A DNA stretch of 64,000 bases from an uncultured Actinomycetes bacterium (GTDB taxonomy: Bacteria; Actinomycetota; Geothermincolia; Geothermincolales; RBG-13-55-18): NCBI GenBank assembly GCA_937128055.1, contig CAKZMC010000060.1:687-64686 (forward strand), in the 5' to 3' direction. The notes below the pieces were generated by a model. It did no database searches. It was not told the origin of the DNA and saw nothing but the letters and a program-made list of their open reading frames with translations. Below, one piece after another: positions 28,139 through 36,037 of this stretch. Numbering within the stretch: position 1 is the stretch's first letter; each line of letters starts with the position of its first letter. Made by a program: the position numbers and the translations under genes.

Positions 28139-28912
28139 ATGGAAGGCGACGCTTTCAGGGTGGAGAAGGAGGAAGGGGTAGCCCGTTGCACCATGGACGG
28201 GCCTAACATGAACGCTCTGGGCGTGGAGATGGTCACGGGGATGTTGGAGGGCCTGCGCCGTGTCCTGGACGACGAGGAGGTGCGGGTCATCGTCATCCGC
28301 GGCGAGGGGGGGAACTTCTCCGCCGGCGCCGACCTCTCCCTCATGGGGGAGAAGATGGACCCCGCCCTGCTCGCGGAGACCATGCGCGCCATGGGCCGGC
28401 TCATCCGCGAGCTGCACGAGGGACCCCGGCCGCTCATAGCCGAGGTGGACGGGTGGACGGTAGGAGGGGCCTTCGGCCTGGCCATGGCCTCGGATATCAC
28501 CTACGCCACGGAGCGCGCCCGCTTCTACCTGAGCTTCGTGCGCATCTCCCTGGTCCCCGACTTCGGGTCCGCCTATTTCCTGGCCCGCCGCGTGGGCCTG
28601 GCGCGCGCCAAGGAGATCGCCCTCACCGGGCGCGTTATCGACGCCGAGGAAGCCCTGCGCATCGGCATGGTCAACCGCGTGTTGGACCACGGGGAGATCT
28701 CCGGCGAGGTGATGAGGTTGGCGAAGAGGCTGGCGGGAAGGCCACCGGACATACTGGCGCATACCAAGCGCTTCGTGAACACGGCCTTCACCGTGGACCT
28801 GGGAACGCAGCTGGACCTGGAGGCTTATCTCCAGTCCCTCAACGTGACCACCCCGGAGCACCGGGAGGATGTGAGGAAGTTCCTGGAAAAAGCCGGCGGC
28901 GGAGGAGGATGA
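28139..28912 (+). CDS. Enoyl-CoA hydratase/isomerase (crotonase family)
   Basis: IRGEGGNFSAGADLS oxyanion-hole motif, DGWTVGGAFGLAMASD. Start at MEGDAFRVEKEEGVA, which has GGGGAGGTGGAC upstream. Confidence 0.85.
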   Translation: MEGDAFRVEKEEGVARCTMDGPNMNALGVEMVTGMLEGLRRVLDDEEVRVIVIRGEGGNFSAGADLSLMGEKMDPALLAETMRAMGRLIRELHEGPRPLIAEVDGWTVGGAFGLAMASDITYATERARFYLSFVRISLVPDFGSAYFLARRVGLARAKEIALTGRVIDAEEALRIGMVNRVLDHGEISGEVMRLAKRLAGRPPDILAHTKRFVNTAFTVDLGTQLDLEAYLQSLNVTTPEHREDVRKFLEKAGGGGG

Positions 28913-29121
28913 GGAAACGCCGCGGCGTCATCGCGGGAGGGGGAAGGGGAAAGCGAGCTGCCGGGGAACGGCGGTGAAGGCGGCGGCGTGGCACGGAAGA
29001 GGCGTGCGGAGGGTCCGGGCCGCGGCGCTCGTCATGAGGAATCATCGTGGAGAGACATGGCATATGCCGAGTATCTCGGCAACGAAAAGGCGTGCGGAGC
29101 ATGCACGGGAGGTAGGTTGAG

Positions 29122-31767
29122 ATGAAGGATTACGACGTGGTGGTCATCGGCGCCGGCCTGGGGGGTCTCGCGTCTGCGGCGTTCCTGGCCAAGGAGGGGA
29201 AGAGGGTGCTGCTGCTGGAGAGGCATTACGTGCCCGGAGGTTACGCCACCTCCTTCCTGCGCGGCCGGTTCGAATTCGAGATCTCCCTGCACGAGCTGTC
29301 CGGCCTGGGCGACGAGAAGAACCCCGGACCCCTGTGGAGGATGTTCAAGGAGCTCGGGGTGACGGAGAAGGTGGAGTTCCTCCCCATCCCCGAGTTCTAC
29401 CGCTGCGTGCTGCCCGACGTGGACCTGGTGGTTCCCACGGGAAGGGAGAACTTCGAGGCCGCGCTCTGCGAGCGCTTCCCGCACGATGCCGAGGGGATCA
29501 GGGAATTCACCGACATCATGTTCAAATTCGCCGAGGAGGCGCTGCGGGCCAACCGCGTGGGCATGAAGATGGTCATGGAAAACCAGGAAGAATTTCCCAC
29601 CCTGCTCACCTACTTCGGGCGCAGCCTGAAGGAGGTGAGGGACCCTCTCATCAAGGACCCCGCGGCGCGCACCGTGCTCGATGTCATCTGCGGGTACTAC
29701 GGCAACCCGCCGTCGCGGATCTCATTCCTCATCTACGCCCTGGGGACGGCCAGCTACATACGCTTCGGGCCCTGGCACGTCAAGGGAAAGTCGCAGGCCC
29801 TCTCGCAGGCTTTCATGGACCGCATTGAGGAGATGGGGGGCGAGGTCTGGCTGCGCAACGGCGCCCGGCGCATCCTGGTCGAGGGAGGGCGGGTGAAGGG
29901 CGTGGTTGCCCAGGACGGCACGGAGATCGCCTGCCCGGTGGTGGTGAGCAACGCCAACCCCTACGTCACCTGCCTGGAGCTCATCGGCAAGGAGGACACC
30001 CCCGACTGGTACCTGCGCAGGTTGGGCGCCTGGTCGGGAGGGAACTCCACCGTAAACCTCTACCTGGGCGTGGACTGCCCCTACCAGGACCTGGGGCTCT
30101 TCACCCACGAGACCTTCTGCAGCGACAGCTACGACGTCGACGGCGACTGGAAGAAGATGCGGGCAGGAGAGGTCCTGGAACCCTCGGACGTCGCGGTGAC
30201 CGCGTACAACACGGTGGACGACGAGTTCTCCCCGCCCGGCACCTCGTCCCTGGTGTGCACCTTCATCGCCTTCGCCGATCCCTGGCTGAAGCTGCCGCCG
30301 CAGCGCTATTTCGAGACCAAGCAGCGGGTGGCGGAGCGCGCCCTGGAGCTGGCGGAGCGCGTGGCCCCCGGACTGCGCGACCACATCGAGGTCATCGAGG
30401 TGGCCACCCCCCTCACCAACATGCGCTATTCACGCAACCCGGCGGGGAGCATCATCGGTTTCGACGAGACCTTCGCCGGCAGCGGGGCGGTGCGGCTGCC
30501 GGCGGAGGGGCCGCTGGCGGGGCTCTATTTCTCCGGTGCCTGGGTGAACATCGGGGGCGGCTACGAGCCCTCCCTCTATTCCGGGTTCCTCACCGCGGGC
30601 AGGGTCCTCAGAGACATGGAGAAGGGCGGCCCCGGGGCAGAGGCCATGCAGAAACTACGGGAGCAAGTGGAAAAACAGGTGGAGGGCGCCGAGCTTATGG
30701 AAAGCCCCCTGGTCCGCGTGGAGCAGGCCCTCGCGGGGCTGCATCCCGAGCGGGTGAAGCTCCGGGTTGCGGAGGTCATAGACGAGACCGCGAGCGCCAG
30801 GACCCTGCGCATGGTGGCGGCGGAGGGGAGGCTCCCCGGCTTCTGCGCCGGCCAGTACGTCAACCTCTTCTGCGAGATAGGCGGCATCGCGACCTCCCGC
30901 CCCTATTCCATCTCCTCCCCTCCGGGGAAGGATTTCTGGGACATAACCGTGCGCCGCATGCCGGGAGGTTTCGTCTCCGACTTCCTCCTGGACAGGGTGA
31001 AGGAGGGCGATGTCTTTCTTTCCACGGGACCGTCCGGGAGCTTCTACCACGAGCCCCTCATGGACACGAGCGACCTGGTCTTTCTGGCGGGAGGCTCGGG
31101 CATAACCCCCTTCGCCTCCATGATCCGGGAGGCGGCGGAGAAGGGCACGGACCTCACCATGCACCTGCTCTACGGCAGCCGGGACCCGGACGACGTCATC
31201 TTCGGGGAGGAACTCCGCAGGCTCGCCGCCGAGCACCCCTGGTTCGCCTGCGACCTGGTCATCTCCGAGCCGCCGCAGGGATACGAGGGCAGGTGCGGCA
31301 TGCTGGACGCGGAGACCATCCGCGCGCTGGTGGGAGAGGTGGCGGGCAAGACCTTCTACCTCTGCGGCCCCGCTCCCATGTACGCCCTGTGCGAGGAGGC
31401 CCTCCTCTCCCTGGGGGTGCCGCGGCGCAGGATACGCCGCGAGGCCTACGGCCCTCCGCAGGACATCACCACCGAGCCGGGATGGCCGGGGCTGGACCCC
31501 GACACCGTCTTCCAGGTGACCGAGGAGCGCAGCGGCAGGACCTTCCCCGCCCGCGCCGGGGAACCCCTCATGAACTCCATGGAGAGGGCGGGTCTGGTGG
31601 TGGAGGCCGTGTGCCGTTCCGGCGAGTGCAGCGTGTGCCGCACGCGGCTGCGTGAGGGCCGGGTCTTCGCGCCGCAGCGGGTGCTCAAGCGCTGGGTGGA
31701 CGAGAAGGCGGGCTTCATCCACCCCTGTATGTGCTACCCCCTCTCCCACCTAACAATAAAGATTTAA
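29122..31767 (+). CDS. Tri-domain redox fusion: CrtI/phytoene-desaturase-like FAD oxidoreductase + ferredoxin-NADP reductase-like (FAD/NAD) + plant-type 2Fe-2S ferredoxin
   Basis: N-terminus MKDYDVVVIGAGLGGLASAAFLAKEGKRVLLLERHYVPGG (GxGxxG dinucleotide fold, CrtI-like length about 500 aa). Middle RPYSISS...GGSGITP (FNR-like RxYS and NAD motifs). C-terminus CRSGECSVCRTRL...HPCMC (2Fe-2S). A single 881-aa ORF. Confidence 0.85.
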   Translation: MKDYDVVVIGAGLGGLASAAFLAKEGKRVLLLERHYVPGGYATSFLRGRFEFEISLHELSGLGDEKNPGPLWRMFKELGVTEKVEFLPIPEFYRCVLPDVDLVVPTGRENFEAALCERFPHDAEGIREFTDIMFKFAEEALRANRVGMKMVMENQEEFPTLLTYFGRSLKEVRDPLIKDPAARTVLDVICGYYGNPPSRISFLIYALGTASYIRFGPWHVKGKSQALSQAFMDRIEEMGGEVWLRNGARRILVEGGRVKGVVAQDGTEIACPVVVSNANPYVTCLELIGKEDTPDWYLRRLGAWSGGNSTVNLYLGVDCPYQDLGLFTHETFCSDSYDVDGDWKKMRAGEVLEPSDVAVTAYNTVDDEFSPPGTSSLVCTFIAFADPWLKLPPQRYFETKQRVAERALELAERVAPGLRDHIEVIEVATPLTNMRYSRNPAGSIIGFDETFAGSGAVRLPAEGPLAGLYFSGAWVNIGGGYEPSLYSGFLTAGRVLRDMEKGGPGAEAMQKLREQVEKQVEGAELMESPLVRVEQALAGLHPERVKLRVAEVIDETASARTLRMVAAEGRLPGFCAGQYVNLFCEIGGIATSRPYSISSPPGKDFWDITVRRMPGGFVSDFLLDRVKEGDVFLSTGPSGSFYHEPLMDTSDLVFLAGGSGITPFASMIREAAEKGTDLTMHLLYGSRDPDDVIFGEELRRLAAEHPWFACDLVISEPPQGYEGRCGMLDAETIRALVGEVAGKTFYLCGPAPMYALCEEALLSLGVPRRRIRREAYGPPQDITTEPGWPGLDPDTVFQVTEERSGRTFPARAGEPLMNSMERAGLVVEAVCRSGECSVCRTRLREGRVFAPQRVLKRWVDEKAGFIHPCMCYPLSHLTIKI

Positions 31768-31787
31768 GGGGTCAGGTCTTGAATTTT

Positions 31788-31805
31788 GATACCCCCTGGG
31801 GTATC
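31788..31805. terminator. Perfect hairpin GATACCC-CCTG-GGGTATC about 20 nt after the fusion-gene stop (no U-tract)
   Basis: 7-bp inverted repeat with a 4-nt loop just downstream of the TAA at 31765-31767. Preceded, not followed, by a T-run, so at best a non-canonical terminator. Confidence 0.25.
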
Positions 31806-31873
31806 TGTAGAGCCGCCGGCGGAAGGCGGGAAGAACGGGCCCTTGGGGTAGGCCCCCTGTGTCTTAGAGGGAA

Positions 31874-31995
31874 ACCCACGCGTAGGCGGCTTTCGTGATA
31901 ACAGCACGTAGACGAGCCCCGGTGGAACCAGGAGACCCACGCGTAGGCGACTTTCGCGATACTCCGCTCGCGATACCGCATCCCGGGGGTGAGGA
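31874..31995 (+). repeat. About 61-nt tandem duplication (2 units; 27-nt core ACCCACGCGTAGGCGRCTTTCGYGATA 25/27 identical) in the 5' leader of the sigma-factor gene
   Basis: Unit 1 31874-31934, unit 2 31935-31995. Cores identical except for 2 transitions; the tails are diverged but alignable (GAGCCCCGGTGG vs GCATCCCGGGGGTG). Confidence 0.55.
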
Positions 31996-32274
31996 GGCGA
32001 GTTCCGCCGGGAGAAGCTGGGCACGAGGACGGGCGGAGGGAGGGGGAAGGCGGATTGGAGGGGCTGGGGGTGCACGGGAGCGGCGGCCGCCTGTTGCTTC
32101 GGGCATGCGCAAGATCATGGAAAGGCAAGCTGAGTCGGCGTTAGCTTTTAAAAAGCGCCTTGCTCCGGTAAGCGGCGACCCGGAAGCCGGCGGCGGCGAG
32201 GCAGCGGGGAGGAGGATCAGGGGGGGCGCGAGCAAGGAAGCGGATGAGGGAGCCTTGCAGCGGGAGGTGTTGAG

Positions 32275-33057
32275 GTGAGCGATAAAAGAACCTGGAGGAT
32301 GCAGGACGGCGATGAGAGCGAGGCGGTCCTCCTGGAGCGCATAAGGAACGGAGGCGATACCAAGGCGAAGGAGAGATTCTTCGCGAGGTACGAGGACCTG
32401 TTGCACCGCTTCGCGCACAAATACAGTTCGGACCGGCTGCCCTACGAGGACGCCTTCCAACTGGCGGCGCTGGGGCTCATGAAGGCCCTGCACCGCTTCG
32501 ATCCCCGGCGCGGGGTTTCCTTCATCACCTTCGCCTATCCCACCATCGAGGGGGAGCTGAAGAAGCATTACCGTGACCACCTGGAGCTGATCCGCCTGCC
32601 ACGGCCTCTGCGCGACCTGAGGCAGCGCGTTGTCGCCGCCTGGCGTGACATGGAACAGGACGGGAAGGAACCGGACGTGGCCATGCTGGCGGAAAGGCTG
32701 GGGACGGGCGAGGAGGAGATCATAGAGGTCCTGGCCGCGCAGCGCAACAGCAGCGTGTTTTCGCTGGATGCCTCGCACGGGGAAGAGGGCGGAGAGGCGC
32801 TGGAGTCTTTCGTCGGGACATACGACGCGGCCTACGACGAGGTGGAGAAGAACATCCTCATCGACGACGCCCTCGCCGGGTTGCCGCCGCGTCACCGCAA
32901 GGTCATGGAGCTTCGCCTGCGGAGAGGCATGACCCAGACCCGCATCGCCCGTGAGCTGAAGGTCTCGCAGATGCACGTCTCACGCATTATCCGGGAAGCG
33001 GTGGAGCTGTTGCGCAGGAGTTGCCACCAGGAAGCGGCGTCGCGCGAGGCGGGTTAG
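32275..33057 (+). CDS. RNA polymerase sigma factor, group 3 (SigB/SigF/SigG-like)
   Basis: Region 2 (YEDAFQLAALGLMKALHRFDP...FITFAYPTIEGELKKHYRD), region 3, region 4 HTH (MTQTRIARELKVSQMHVSRI). GTG start. Confidence 0.85.
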   Translation: MSDKRTWRMQDGDESEAVLLERIRNGGDTKAKERFFARYEDLLHRFAHKYSSDRLPYEDAFQLAALGLMKALHRFDPRRGVSFITFAYPTIEGELKKHYRDHLELIRLPRPLRDLRQRVVAAWRDMEQDGKEPDVAMLAERLGTGEEEIIEVLAAQRNSSVFSLDASHGEEGGEALESFVGTYDAAYDEVEKNILIDDALAGLPPRHRKVMELRLRRGMTQTRIARELKVSQMHVSRIIREAVELLRRSCHQEAASREAG

Positions 33058-33063
33058 CAAAGC

Positions 33064-33084
33064 GGGCGCCCGAGCAGGGCGCCC
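33064..33084. terminator. Hairpin GGGCGCCC-GAGCA-GGGCGCCC 7 nt after the sigma stop; possible bidirectional terminator between convergent genes
   Basis: Two copies of the self-complementary octamer GGGCGCCC form an 8-bp stem. No U-tract. Confidence 0.4.
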
Positions 33085-33131
33085 GTGAGAGTGTTTGCGC
33101 GAGGACGGCGCGAGCGTAGCCCTAAGTAGCC

Positions 33132-34175
33132 CTAATACACTATCTCGAAGACCTCGCCCGTCTCCTTGTCCACGGCGTACCAGCCGTAGGTGGCGGTATG
33201 GCCGCCCGTGACGTCATCCTCCACGTATTCGAAGAAGTGCACCTGGTAGCTGTCTCCTTCGTCGAAGACCTCGACCTGTGATTCCGGCGTTGCGAGGTAC
33301 CAGTCGTTCAGGTCAGGGTACAGCATCAACACCAATTCGATGGCCTCTCCCTCGGAGTCAACGGGAAGGGTGACCCCCGTTTCCTCGGGCCATTCATCCT
33401 CGTAGTCGGTGTAGTCTTCGTAACCGGATTCATCCTCGTAGTCGGTGTAGTCGTCCAGTTCCCCCTCTTCCTCGCGCAGGAAATCCTCGATATCCTCTAT
33501 GGCCAGCCCCATATCCGCGAGGGCCTCGGAGGACAGGTACCACTTGCCCTTTATCTTCACCAGCTCCAGGGAATCCATGTCGCTCCTGGAGGCTTCCTCG
33601 CTCACCTTGTCGCCGTACTCGTCGGTGTAGGTCATGGTGCCCTCGAGGATGGTGACCTCCGCCCTGTCACCCTCTATCTTGGTATCCATCTTCCTGATAT
33701 CCACCTTCAGGTCGTCGGGGACGTAGGAAAAGAGGTACTCCTCCAGGACATCCTGGTAATCCTTGCCGAACGCCTCCTCGAGCTCGTCCACGAAGTCCGG
33801 TTCCATGACGTCGAGGAGCATGCCCATGTCCTTCTTTTCCAGTGCCCTGAAGAAGTTCTCCACCACCTTTTCCGGTCCCTTGTCCGCCCCTCCCTTGAAG
33901 ACCACGAAGACCAGCACCAGCACCACGGCCACCGCCGCCAGGACCCCGAGGATCCCGAGGATCCAGGGCAGCGCCGATTTCTTGGGCGGAGGGGGATAGG
34001 GAGCGGCCTGCTGGTAGACCCCCGGGGGCGGCGCCTGCTGGTAACCCTGGGATGGAGGGGGAGGCGGGGGTGGAGGCGGCGTTGCCGCGGAGGCCGTGGC
34101 TCCGGTGGCGGCGCCGCAGTATCCGCAGAACTCACTGTCGGGGGGGATTTCCTTTCCGCATTGCTTGCAAAACAT
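33132..34175 (-). CDS. Zn-ribbon / Pro-rich linker / single-TM / acidic extracytoplasmic-domain protein, function unknown
   Basis: MFCKQCGKEIPPDSEFCGYCG (double CxxC), poly-Pro linker, TM LPWILGILGVLAAVAVVLVLVFVVF, then an about 260-aa D/E-rich domain. ATG with a perfect AAGGAGG upstream. Lower GC than its neighbours. Confidence 0.7.
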   Translation of the reverse strand: MFCKQCGKEIPPDSEFCGYCGAATGATASAATPPPPPPPPPSQGYQQAPPPGVYQQAAPYPPPPKKSALPWILGILGVLAAVAVVLVLVFVVFKGGADKGPEKVVENFFRALEKKDMGMLLDVMEPDFVDELEEAFGKDYQDVLEEYLFSYVPDDLKVDIRKMDTKIEGDRAEVTILEGTMTYTDEYGDKVSEEASRSDMDSLELVKIKGKWYLSSEALADMGLAIEDIEDFLREEEGELDDYTDYEDESGYEDYTDYEDEWPEETGVTLPVDSEGEAIELVLMLYPDLNDWYLATPESQVEVFDEGDSYQVHFFEYVEDDVTGGHTATYGWYAVDKETGEVFEIVY

Positions 34176-34504
34176 ACGATCCTCCTTGCTTACAGGCGAC
34201 CGCGGGCTCTGTACGCGGTGCTTCACCGTCTCATCTCATTATTCCCCGAAAGTTATCGGGATTACAGCCTCTTTATGTTAATGTCAACACTTGGCAACAC
34301 TTGGGGTCATGCCTCATTCGTTGCCTTTCCAAGCATCCCGTTTCATGCATGCGTTCTGCAATATGGGATGGGTTTGCGGCGGGCACTTATGTTTAGGTGG
34401 AGGAAGGTATAGAATGGACGAAAAGCGTTGCCGCAATCTATTTTACCTGGGGAGATTCCGTTTTACGGGTGAAACGCGTTTTTCGCGACCATTGCGGAAA
34501 GGGG

Positions 34505-35953
34505 ATGATGTTAATGTCTCTGGCGGAGGAAACGGCGTTCCTGGACGCCACGGCGCAGGCGGAGATGGTGCGCAGGAAGGAGGTCAAGCCGGTCGAACTG
34601 CTGGAGGCGGCCATCGAGCGCGTGGAGCGCCTCAACCCGCAGCTCAACGCGGTGATCACGCCCATGTATGAGCTGGCGCGCGAGGAGGCGGAGGGAAGGC
34701 TGCCACAGGGGCCTTTCACCGGCGTGCCCTTTCTCCTCAAGGATATCATCGCCGCGTACAAGGGCGTGCGCCTGAGTTTTGGGTCGGCTTACTTCGAGGA
34801 TTACGTCCCCGACTTCGACAGCGAGTTGGTGGTGCGGCTGCGCAAGGCCGGCCTGGTGATATTCGGCAAGACAAACGCGCCCGAGTTCGGCATCCTTCCC
34901 ACCACCGAACCCCGCCTCTTCGGCCCCACCCGCAACCCCTGGAACCTCGAGAGGAGCACGGGGGGATCCAGCGGCGGGTCGGCGGCGGCGGTCGCCGCGG
35001 GCATCGTTCCCGCGGCGCACGCAAATGACGGCGGGGGCTCTATCCGCATACCGGCCTCCTGCTGCGGGCTCTTCGGGCTCAAGCCCACGCGTGCGCGCAA
35101 TCCCCTGGGGCCGGCGTTGGGGGATGTCCTCGGCGGATTGGTCGTGGAACACGCGCTTACGCGGTCGGTGAGGGACAGCGCCGCCCTGCTGGACGCCACC
35201 TGCGGCCCGGACCTCGGCGACCCTTACTGGGCGCCGCCCCCGGCCCGGCCCTTCCTGCAGGAGGTGGGCGCGGACCCGGGAAGGCTGCGCATCGCCTACA
35301 CCGTGCGGGCAGGGGACGCGGTGGCCCACCCCGACTGCGTGCGGGCGGTGGAGGAGGCGGCGGCGCTCTGCACGGAGCTGGGCCATGCCGTGGAGGAGAA
35401 GGACCTCGTCCTGGATGTAGAGGCCATAACTTCGCAGTTCATGGTGTTGTGGGGGGCGGCGCAAGCCTGGATGGCGGACGGCATGGCGCTGGCGACGGGG
35501 AAGGCTCCCGCCCCGGACCTCTTCGAGCCCCTCACGTGGGCGCTCATAGAGATGGGGCGAGGTTTCAATGCCGGCCAATACCTTACCGCGGTTACCTTGC
35601 TGCAGCGCGTCTCGCGGGACATATCCCGCCAGGCAGAGGCTTACGACCTGTGGCTCACGCCCACCCTTTCGGAACCACCGCCGCCTCTGGGCACTTTCGA
35701 TTCCCCGCCCGAGAATCCCCTCTACGGGATCGTTCGCGCCGGCGTCTTCGTGCCCTTCACCCCCATCAGCAACATCACCGGGATGCCGGCCATGAGCGTC
35801 CCCTTGCACTGGAACGAGGAGGGTTTGCCCATCGGCGTGCAGTTCATCGCCAAGTTCGGGGACGAGGCCACCCTCTTCCGGCTCGCGGCGCAGCTCGAGG
35901 AGGCAAGGCCCTGGGCGGGCCGCAGGCCGCCCGTCAACGCCTCCCCATCTTGA
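34505..35953 (+). CDS. Amidase (amidase-signature family)
   Basis: [14 protein letters not shown] amidase signature, catalytic K and S context (KTNAPEFG...GGSIRIPAS). Start at ATGATG after GGAAAGGGG. Confidence 0.85.
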   Translation: MMLMSLAEETAFLDATAQAEMVRRKEVKPVELLEAAIERVERLNPQLNAVITPMYELAREEAEGRLPQGPFTGVPFLLKDIIAAYKGVRLSFGSAYFEDYVPDFDSELVVRLRKAGLVIFGKTNAPEFGILPTTEPRLFGPTRNPWNLERSTGGSSGGSAAAVAAGIVPAAHANDGGGSIRIPASCCGLFGLKPTRARNPLGPALGDVLGGLVVEHALTRSVRDSAALLDATCGPDLGDPYWAPPPARPFLQEVGADPGRLRIAYTVRAGDAVAHPDCVRAVEEAAALCTELGHAVEEKDLVLDVEAITSQFMVLWGAAQAWMADGMALATGKAPAPDLFEPLTWALIEMGRGFNAGQYLTAVTLLQRVSRDISRQAEAYDLWLTPTLSEPPPPLGTFDSPPENPLYGIVRAGVFVPFTPISNITGMPAMSVPLHWNEEGLPIGVQFIAKFGDEATLFRLAAQLEEARPWAGRRPPVNASPS

Positions 35954-36037
35954 GTTGCGAGGCCGGTTCCCAGGGGATAGGCATCGACCGCCTCCCGCGG
36001 AAGCCCGAGTCAACGCCTCCCCATCTTGAGTTGCGAG
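35933..36037. repeat. Perfect 29-bp direct repeat GTCAACGCCTCCCCATCTTGAGTTGCGAG (35933-35961 and 36009-36037) spanning the convergent 3' ends of the amidase and MCP genes
   Basis: Copy 1 holds the amidase stop (TGA) and encodes its last residues PVNASPS. Copy 2, read on the other strand, encodes the MCP C-terminus SQLKMGRR plus its stop. 47-bp spacer. Confidence 0.6.

Noticed and set aside
31768-32274. tRNA or other structured RNA gene in the long leader
   Set aside because: No cloverleaf with a T-loop GTTCRANYC / acceptor-stem arrangement could be found by eye. Kept only as repeat/leader observations.
34511-36013. 500-aa minus-strand ORF
   Set aside because: Antisense to the amidase, which has the GGSSGGS signature. 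No domain content.
35933-36037. Possible CRISPR array or IS target-site duplication
   Set aside because: Only two repeat copies with a 47-bp spacer. Both copies are coding. No cas genes or transposase present.
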